This document shows, in pieces, positions 57,382 to 64,000 of a DNA stretch of 64,000 nt (position 1 is its first letter; every line of letters begins with the position of its first letter). The stretch is taken from NCBI GenBank assembly GCA_965203515.1, contig OZ241907.1, forward strand, positions 2,080,001 through 2,144,000. Direction: 5' to 3'. The notes beneath the pieces are model-generated. The model ran no database searches. It was not told where the DNA came from and was given only the letters and a program-made list of their open reading frames with translations. The position numbers and the translations under genes are program-made. The DNA is from Spirochaetia bacterium. Its GTDB lineage: Bacteria > Spirochaetota > Spirochaetia > SZUA-6 > Bin103.

Positions 57382-59192
57382 TGCCGTACCCCGGAACCCG
57401 TCGACCCTATCGGTTCGGACGCTCGCTCGGCAGCCTCATCACTGGTCACGGCGTCGCAGAAGACCATCTCCCAGCCGTGGAAGACCACGACCAGGCCGAC
57501 GAAGCGCACGCCCGGATACTGCCGCGCCAGCCGCTCGTCGGCCAGATAGCGCGCGAGCTGCGCCCGCGCTTCGCCGGCTGCCACCGCCACCGCAGCCGGC
57601 GCCAGAGCCTCCGACCGCCGGCGGTACTTGAGCTCGATCAGGTACCCGTAGCGCAGGTGCGGAAAGGCGCCGACCAGCGGTTCCAGCGCGACGTCGGCGT
57701 GCCCCTTGCCCAGCTCCGCCTCCGAGCGGAACACGTAGTAGTCGGTCACGCTCAGGTAGGCCGCCAGAAACCCCTGGATCACCTTCTCCCCGGCGATGTA
57801 GTCCCGAATCCCCGTCTGCCGCGCGATCGCCTCGCTCAGGAACTCGAACGCCGGCCGCCACTCCCCCTCGTTCGCCATCCGCATCAGCAACCGCTCGAAC
57901 CGGGACAGGTCGACCGAGAACATCTCCACGTCGCGGTAGCCGTCGCGCAGCAAGCCGTACATGAGCCGCTTCACGGTCTGATTGGGGATCGTCAGCCGAG
58001 GCATGCCGTACGGCGCGCCGCGGATGCTCAGCAGGCCGAAGAAGTGCAGCAGGGAGATGAAGTTCTCCGGCTCGGCAAGCCTCTCCGGCGGGAAGTCGGG
58101 CCGGATGCGGGTGTCGACCTGCTCCTCGCCGATGACTTCCCGCAGCAGATCGAAGTTGTCGTTCAAGCGCCGGCCGACCACCAGCAGATGGCGCAGCTTG
58201 CCGTAGTCGATGCGCACGTTGACGTCGATCAGGTCGTCCGGCACGGGCCGATTGGGAATCGATTCTTTCAGGTAATGGAGCACCATGGTGGAGTTGTGGA
58301 GGTCGGCGGCGGCCTCTTTGGCGAAGCGGTAGCCGCCGTACCACTCGCCCATGATGCCCAGCGCGGTATCGGCGTCCTGGTTGAAGACGCCCAGGTCGCG
58401 GTACCTCTCGACCAGATGCCGCACCTCCGCCGCGGTGAAGCCGACCATCTCGTTGAAGTCCGGCTCCAGGCTGATGTTCCTGCCGATGTTGAAGCCGCTG
58501 ATGCCGTCGTCCAGGGTGACCGGCAACACGCCGGTGATGAACAGCCGCTCCAGACCGCCTCCGCTGCGGCCCGCGCCGCCCTTGAGGGTAGTGAAGAAGT
58601 TGCGGTAGAAGCCGCCGTCGATGAAGGAGCGGTCCGTTTCCGCGCCGCGGCAGGCCAGCGCGGTGTTGGCGAAGTTGTCGTACTCGTCGATCAGCACGTA
58701 CAGCGGGATGTCGTGATCGCCGGCGTACGGGAACAGCTCGGAAAGCTTCGCGGCGATGGACGGCGGCGCGAGGATGCGCTGCCGGACGGCGTCGGGAAAC
58801 AGGTCCGGATGCCGTTCCAGCGTCGCTTCGAGCTCGACGTGGCAGTAGCCTTCGAAGCGCTGTTCGAGCGTTTCGAGCTTGTCGTCGACCATCGAGAAGT
58901 CGAAGCGCAGGGTGACGTAGCGGCTCCGTTCTTCGGTCGGGCTGCGGCCGATGTCGGTCCCGGCGAACGTGGCGTCGAACCGGTCGGCCCGGAAGCGGTC
59001 GTAGTAGCTCTCCAGCAGCGACACCCACAGCGACTTGCCGAAGCGCCGCGGGCGGTTCAGGAAGACGTACCGCTCCTGCTCCAGCCGGCGCAGGAAGCGG
59101 GTCTTGTCGACGTACAGCCAGCCGTGACGGCGGATGCGCATGAAATCGGCCTCGCCGTAGGGGATGCGCGGGTAGGTGGGGACGGTGGTCAT
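57378..59192 (-). CDS. AAA-ATPase-like + PD-(D/E)XK nuclease (DUF1703-type), copy 1
   Basis: Same motifs as copy 2; ATGA overlap with it. Confidence 0.9.
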   Translation of the reverse strand: MTTVPTYPRIPYGEADFMRIRRHGWLYVDKTRFLRRLEQERYVFLNRPRRFGKSLWVSLLESYYDRFRADRFDATFAGTDIGRSPTEERSRYVTLRFDFSMVDDKLETLEQRFEGYCHVELEATLERHPDLFPDAVRQRILAPPSIAAKLSELFPYAGDHDIPLYVLIDEYDNFANTALACRGAETDRSFIDGGFYRNFFTTLKGGAGRSGGGLERLFITGVLPVTLDDGISGFNIGRNISLEPDFNEMVGFTAAEVRHLVERYRDLGVFNQDADTALGIMGEWYGGYRFAKEAAADLHNSTMVLHYLKESIPNRPVPDDLIDVNVRIDYGKLRHLLVVGRRLNDNFDLLREVIGEEQVDTRIRPDFPPERLAEPENFISLLHFFGLLSIRGAPYGMPRLTIPNQTVKRLMYGLLRDGYRDVEMFSVDLSRFERLLMRMANEGEWRPAFEFLSEAIARQTGIRDYIAGEKVIQGFLAAYLSVTDYYVFRSEAELGKGHADVALEPLVGAFPHLRYGYLIELKYRRRSEALAPAAVAVAAGEARAQLARYLADERLARQYPGVRFVGLVVVFHGWEMVFCDAVTSDEAAERASEPIGSTGSGVRQ

Positions 59193-59251
59193 TTTGCCGC
59201 GGCCTCGCCGACGAGTCTATCGGTTCGAGCGCCCGCCGGCAACTTCACGGC

Positions 59252-59611
59252 GTGGCGGCGCCGGTTGCCTGCGGCCCACGTCCATCGAACCTGCTGCATA
59301 CGTGGCGTCTCGGTCAAACAGAGGCAATTCCTCTGCTCGGTCTGGAGGAATCCGATAGTTCCTATGCGGAAGATTTGCTGAGCGGTCGTGTTGCGCTACG
59401 CGGTCGTGACATCAAGGATCGGATCGCATACCTGTTTCGTATCAGAAAGACCCTTTCGGCGTTGTTTCGAGACGAAGAAGTCGAGAATGAGTGGCTGCGA
59501 GAGCCGCATGCAGCGTTGAACGGGCAAACGCCGATGGATCGCTTGCTCGAAGGGTCGATGGAGAATCTCTTGCTGGTGAAAGAGTACGTCGAGGCGGCTG
59601 CGGGACGATAG
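59252..59611 (+). CDS. Antitoxin Xre/MbcA/ParS-like protein, probably N-terminally eroded
   Basis: DRIAYLFRI..ALF..EWLREPHAALNGQTPMDRL; lower GC; no convincing start or RBS. Confidence 0.7.
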   Translation: MAAPVACGPRPSNLLHTWRLGQTEAIPLLGLEESDSSYAEDLLSGRVALRGRDIKDRIAYLFRIRKTLSALFRDEEVENEWLREPHAALNGQTPMDRLLEGSMENLLLVKEYVEAAAGR

Positions 59612-59796
59612 GAGTACTCGACCGGATTTCACCGAGCGGCGACGGATCGCGGTTCCGACACCAAAGGGCCGTTCCGGCCTTCCCGCGCGACCCGCCGCCG
59701 ATGATCGCCCCGATGGTCCGGTCACGCTGGACAGGTTCGGGCTGCTGCGGGACACTTGGTGAACGGCCTCTCCGGGCCGGCAGGAGGACTCTTCAC

Positions 59797-60774
59797 GTGA
59801 ATCGGATAACGGTTATGGCGCTCGCCATCGCCCTGGCCGCGCTGGCGGCGGCGCCGCTGGCGGCGCAGGACAGGGTCACGGTGGCCTACTTTCTGGAGTG
59901 GCCGACCCCCAACCTGGTCGCGCAGGAACGGAAGACCTATGACGAGGCGCTCGGCGTCGAGGTCGAGTGGCGCGCGTTCGGCAACGGCAACGAGATGAGC
60001 TTGGCGATGGCCTCCGGCGACGTCGACATCGCCTACTCGCAGGGGCTGGTGCCCTGGGTGGTGGCGGTCTCCAACGGCCTGCCGCTCAAGCTGGTCGGGG
60101 TGACCTCGACCTACGGCGAGTCCGACAACTGCGTGGTGCGCGACGGCGCCGGCATCACCCAGGCCAACGCCCGCGAGCTGGAAGGCAAGCGGGTCGCCAC
60201 GCCGATCGGCAACGTCACCCACTACAAGCTGCTGCGCATGCTCGATCACCTCGGCGTCGACGCCGCCCGGGTCAACCTGGTGCAGATGAACAGCGCCGAC
60301 GGCGCCGTCGCCCTGGCGCGCGGCGACGTCACCATGGCGTGCGGCTTCGGCGGGCCGGTGCAGCGGATGAAGGAATACGGCTCGGTGCTGATGACCGCCG
60401 CCGAGCAGGAGGCGATCGGCGTCTACGTGTTCGACGTGGTGTCGGTGACCGAACGCTTCGCCGAACGGCATCCGGACTTGGTGCGCGCGTTCATGGAGGT
60501 CACCGAGCAGGCGAACGCCGCCTACGCCGCGGCGGAGGATCGGGAGGAGCTCGAACGGATCATCGCCCGCGCCGCCGGCATGGAGCTGGCCGCGGCGCAG
60601 GCGTTTCTGGCCGACGCCACGTTCCCCACCGCGGAGGAGCAGAAGTCCGCGGCCTGGATGGGCGGCGCGGTGCAGGCCTACATCCGGGACGTGGCGGAGT
60701 TCTTCGCCGAGCAGGGGCAACTGGAGCGGGCGCTCAAGAGCTACGACTTCGCGGTAGATCCCAGCTTCCTGTGA
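59797..60774 (+). CDS. tauA: Taurine/sulfonate ABC substrate-binding protein
   Basis: AGGAGG RBS, signal peptide, AYFLEWPTPN, AMASGDVDIAYSQG. Confidence 0.8.
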   Translation: MNRITVMALAIALAALAAAPLAAQDRVTVAYFLEWPTPNLVAQERKTYDEALGVEVEWRAFGNGNEMSLAMASGDVDIAYSQGLVPWVVAVSNGLPLKLVGVTSTYGESDNCVVRDGAGITQANARELEGKRVATPIGNVTHYKLLRMLDHLGVDAARVNLVQMNSADGAVALARGDVTMACGFGGPVQRMKEYGSVLMTAAEQEAIGVYVFDVVSVTERFAERHPDLVRAFMEVTEQANAAYAAAEDREELERIIARAAGMELAAAQAFLADATFPTAEEQKSAAWMGGAVQAYIRDVAEFFAEQGQLERALKSYDFAVDPSFL

Positions 60775-61598
60775 ACCGGGCGCGCGGCCTCCTTCTCGAC
60801 CGCGTGTCGATGGTCTTCACCCTGCCGGGCGGCGGCCGGGTGGAGGCGCTCCGGGACATCTCCCTGCACCTGGCGCCGAGCGAGCTGCTGGCGGTGCTCG
60901 GCCCCTCCGGGTGCGGCAAGACCACCCTGCTGAACATCATCGCCGGGTTCCTGGCGCCGACCGCCGGGCAGGCGCTGCTCAACGGCAACCCGATCACCGG
61001 GCCGCACCGGGAACGCGGCATGGTATTCCAGCAGGGCGCGCTGTTCGAGTGGATGAGCGTGGCGCAGAACGTCGGCTTCGGGCCGCGCATGGCCGGCGCG
61101 GGACGCGCCGCAACCGAGGCGCAGGTCGGGCGCCTGCTCGACTCGATGGCGCTGCGGGAGTTCGCCGGCAAGCCGGTCTACCAGCTCTCCGGCGGCATGC
61201 AGCAGCGGGTGGCGCTGGCGCGCTGTCTGGCGAACGACCCGGACGTGATCCTGATGGATGAACCGCTCGGCGCGCTGGACGCGTTGACGCGCGAGAAGAT
61301 GCAGGGGCTGGTGCTGCGCCTGTGGCAGGAGACCGGCAAGACGATCATGCTGATCACCCACTCGGTGGAGGAAGCACTGTTCCTGGGCGAACGGGTGGTG
61401 GTGATGGCGCCCCGTCCGGGCCGCGTCCACCAGGAGTACCGCCTGCCGTTCGCGGCGCAGGGCGTGGCCGGCAACGCGCGCGAGATCAAGGCGCAGCCGG
61501 ACTTCGTCGCCGCGCGCGAGGAGATACTGTCCATGATCTGGGAGATGGAGGAGGAGATCATGGGCGGCGCGCACGTCGACCTGAAGGGGGAGCTATGA
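60771..61598 (+). CDS. tauB: Taurine/sulfonate ABC ATP-binding protein
   Basis: GPSGCGKTT, LSGGMQQRV, MDEPLGALDALTRE, ITHSVEEA. Confidence 0.88.
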   Translation: MNRARGLLLDRVSMVFTLPGGGRVEALRDISLHLAPSELLAVLGPSGCGKTTLLNIIAGFLAPTAGQALLNGNPITGPHRERGMVFQQGALFEWMSVAQNVGFGPRMAGAGRAATEAQVGRLLDSMALREFAGKPVYQLSGGMQQRVALARCLANDPDVILMDEPLGALDALTREKMQGLVLRLWQETGKTIMLITHSVEEALFLGERVVVMAPRPGRVHQEYRLPFAAQGVAGNAREIKAQPDFVAAREEILSMIWEMEEEIMGGAHVDLKGEL

Positions 61599-62503
61599 AG
61601 AACCGCCGGCAGCCTCGGCGGCTGGCCGCGTGGCTGGGGGTCGCCGACAACCCGCTGACCCGGCAGAAGACCGTGCGCTTCGGCGACGCCTCGGCGGTGA
61701 ACTCCGGCCGGCTGTGGTCGATCGTGACCGTGCTCGCGCTGCTGGCCGCCTGGGCGGTGGCCACGGCCGTAGCGTATCTCGACCCGCTGTTCTGGCCGGC
61801 GCTGCACGGCCGCCTGTTCCCGTGGGACGACCCCGACCGCGCCAAGCCCGGCGTGATCGACCGGTTCGTCGGCCTGGTGACGGACGGCTACCGCAACGTG
61901 TCGCTGTGGACGCACGTCTGGACCTCGGTCAGACGGGTGCTGCTGGGCGTGCTGTTCGGCGCGCTGCTGGGCATTCCGCTCGGCTTCGCCATGGGCCTCA
62001 ACTCGGCGGCGCGCGGCATCCTGGACCCGATCGTGGAGTTCGTGCGCCCGATCCCGCCGCTGGCGCTGATCCCGCTGGTGATCCTCTGGCTGGGGATCGA
62101 CGAGGCGGCCAAGACCTTCCTGCTGTTCCTGGCGGCGCTGTTCATCATGCTGATCGCGGCGCGCGCCGGCGTCGGCTCGGTGCGCATCTCCAAGGTGCAC
62201 GCCGCGTACTCCCTGGGCGCGTCCAAGGCGCAGGTGCTGCGCTACGTCATCCTGCCCAACGCGTTGCCGGAGATCTTCACCGGCCTGCGCACCTCGATGG
62301 GAGTCTGCTGGGGGACGCTGGTCGCCGCCGAGCTGGTGGCCGCCGACCAGGGCGTCGGCTCGATGATGATGATCGCGAAGAACTTCCTGCAGACCGAGGT
62401 GGTGGTGATCGGCATCATCCTCATCGGCGCCATCGGCTTCGCCATCGAGATGCTGATGCGCACCCTCGAATCCTGGCTGGTCCCCTGGAAGGGCAAGGGC
62501 TGA
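61595..62503 (+). CDS. tauC: Taurine/sulfonate ABC permease
   Basis: RPIPPLALIPL, AAYSLGAS, TLVAAEL, LVPWKGKG. Confidence 0.88.
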   Translation: MKNRRQPRRLAAWLGVADNPLTRQKTVRFGDASAVNSGRLWSIVTVLALLAAWAVATAVAYLDPLFWPALHGRLFPWDDPDRAKPGVIDRFVGLVTDGYRNVSLWTHVWTSVRRVLLGVLFGALLGIPLGFAMGLNSAARGILDPIVEFVRPIPPLALIPLVILWLGIDEAAKTFLLFLAALFIMLIAARAGVGSVRISKVHAAYSLGASKAQVLRYVILPNALPEIFTGLRTSMGVCWGTLVAAELVAADQGVGSMMMIAKNFLQTEVVVIGIILIGAIGFAIEMLMRTLESWLVPWKGKG

Positions 62504-62533
62504 CCCGCCCGCTTCACCGCGCCGCGGCGATGA

Positions 62534-62853
62534 TTGTATATCCTTCATGGCGTGAAGGATCATCAATACCTGCCGAGGCTGCATGAAGCGCACGTCGGCG
62601 CCATGCTCGGCCGCCATCCGGCCGTCGTCCTCCACGGCGCCCGGCAGACCGGCAAGACGACGCTGTGCCGCGCCGCGGCCTTCAGCCGCGGCCGGCGCTA
62701 CCTGACCCGGCCGACCTGCGGGGCCTGCACGTGTTCCAGGAGACCTTCCCGGCAGAAGCGTCGTTCGGCCTGGTGATCTGCGGTTGCCGCGCGCCGGCGG
62801 CCCTGTCGCGGCGCATCCTGGCCGTCCCCTTCGAGATGGCCCTGCTTACCTAG
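62534..62853 (+). pseudogene. Internally deleted AAA_14/DUF4143 ATPase remnant
   Basis: N-terminal YLPR..VVLHGARQTGKTTL..RYLT joined out of frame to a typical C-terminus DLRGL..FGLVICG..ILAVP. Confidence 0.65.
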
Positions 62854-62880
62854 CAGCGGCGGCGCCCGCCGCCAGCCGGC
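62779..62880 (+). repeat. ~101-bp direct repeat, copy 1
   Basis: Matches 63346-63446 with one indel and one substitution. Confidence 0.92.
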
Positions 62881-62898
62881 GCGAAGGTCACCTCGTCC

Positions 62899-63186
62899 TC
62901 ATCCGTAGGGCAGCGCCGGTGGGGTGAACGACCAGTCAATGCCGCCGGCGGCCTGCTCCAGATCGGCTTCCCCGAGCTGGGCGGCGGGCGGCAGGATCAG
63001 GTGACTGGTAGTCGCCGTGTCCTCGTGCACCTCGATGTTGAACTCGGAGGGCACGGTCACGCCGATTTCCGCCTCGATCGCGGTCTTGGGGTCCGTCATC
63101 AATTGGTTGCGAAACTCGCGGTCCGCGGTCGCCTTTTCGATCAGCTGCTGGCGCAGAGCGCTGACCGTCATCGTCTTCTCGCCCAT
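62899..63186 (-). CDS. NHLP-leader (proteusin-type) RiPP precursor
   Basis: LIEKATADREFRNQLMTDPK..IEVHED..HLILPP..LGEADLEQAAGG leader; short core IDWSFTPPALPYG; GGAGAGG RBS. Confidence 0.88.
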   Translation of the reverse strand: MGEKTMTVSALRQQLIEKATADREFRNQLMTDPKTAIEAEIGVTVPSEFNIEVHEDTATTSHLILPPAAQLGEADLEQAAGGIDWSFTPPALPYG

Positions 63187-63345
63187 ATTCCTCTCCTTCC
63201 GGCAGCTCGCGCAGCATTGATCACGGCAATGTCTGCGCGCTACTCACATTGTCAGATCAGATATAGAGGACAACGTTGGCCAATGTCGAGACCTTGCACC
63301 GATAAAATGAGTTATCAGGTATTTCCGTGGGTAGCGACGGTGGGA

Positions 63346-63446
63346 TGCGGTTGCCGCGCGCCGGCGGCCCTGTCGCGGCGCATCCTGGCCGTCCCCTTCG
63401 AGATGGCCTGCTTACCTGGCAGCGGCGGCGCCCGCCGCCAGCCGGC
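63346..63446 (+). repeat. ~101-bp direct repeat, copy 2
   Basis: Matches 62779-62880. Confidence 0.92.
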
Positions 63447-63465
63447 TGCTATCCTTCAGCCGACG

Positions 63466-64000
63466 ATGCCGGCTCCCGATCCGAATACGCGCGCGCATCT
63501 GGAGTGGCTGGGCTACATCCAGCCGCACGGTCTGGTGGTGTCGGCGCCGGCGCTGGTCAAGGCGGGTGCGATCGTCAATCGGCAGGACGCGCACCGGCAG
63601 GCGCTGCTCGCCGGCTGCACGGAGGAACGCGCGGTCGCTCCCGACCGGCAGCCCACAGCGTGCATCCGCGACTTTCGCGAGTTCGCCGGCGCGGTCCTGG
63701 GCTGGCGCTTCTCGCCCAAGGGCTACGCCGGCTTCACCGAAGAAACTCCGATCCCTGAAGAACTGACGCTGCCGCTGCCCGATTACGGCGAGACTCTGCG
63801 CCCCGACTTCGCGGTGCGCGAGCGCGACCCGGCGAACGGCGCCCCGCCGTGGCAACTGCTGGTGCAGGTGCTGGCCGCCGGCCAGGAGTTCGACCGTCCG
63901 GCGCCCGGCAGGCTGGAAGCGTCCGCCCAGGGGCGCGCCGAACGCCTGCTGCGCGCCACCGGGGTGCCGGCCGGCGTGCTGGTCAACGGCGCGGCGCTGC
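63466..64000 (+). CDS. N-terminus of a probable type IIG/DISARM-like restriction-modification methylase; runs off the window
   Basis: Open frame MPAPDPNTRAHLEWLGYIQPHGLVVSAPAL..YGETLRPDFAV..ERLLRATGVPAGVLVNG resembles the N-termini of Eco57I-like N6-methylases. Catalytic motifs lie outside the window. Confidence 0.55.
   Translation, partial: MPAPDPNTRAHLEWLGYIQPHGLVVSAPALVKAGAIVNRQDAHRQALLAGCTEERAVAPDRQPTACIRDFREFAGAVLGWRFSPKGYAGFTEETPIPEELTLPLPDYGETLRPDFAVRERDPANGAPPWQLLVQVLAAGQEFDRPAPGRLEASAQGRAERLLRATGVPAGVLVNGAAL

Overview
This is a high-GC bacterial window with three parts. (1) 1-38 kb is mostly metabolic: a CrtU/CrtV-like carotenoid pair, two sugar ABC operons, oxidoreductases, transketolase, tal/pgi, queF/yhhQ and a two-component system, with small accessory inserts (a low-GC DUF1828-like pair and a tandem Zn-ribbon duplication). 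(2) 38.5-59.6 kb is a defence island built on a type III-B (Cmr) CRISPR-Cas system. It holds a 37-nt-repeat array split by an ISL3 element, cas2/cas1, a stand-alone Csb2-like Cas6, cmr1-6 with an HD-less GGDD Cas10, a CARF-RelE (Cami1-like) effector with an extra coiled coil, a DHH-like phosphoesterase and two tandem AAA/PD-(D/E)XK genes. The most striking element is a CARF-domain sigma54 activator inside the locus, flanked by two perfect sigma54 -24/-12 promoters (44419-44434 and 46300-46315, minus strand). One precedes a DUF1232 membrane protein plus the activator itself; the other precedes a glycine-zipper peptide followed by cas6-cas1-cas2. This suggests a signal-inducible circuit that switches on membrane proteins, crRNA processing and spacer acquisition. 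(3) 59.8-64 kb holds a taurine ABC transporter, an orphan NHLP/proteusin precursor between ~100-bp direct repeats, and the start of a probable restriction-modification methylase. All family calls come from motif recognition by eye, not from database searches.
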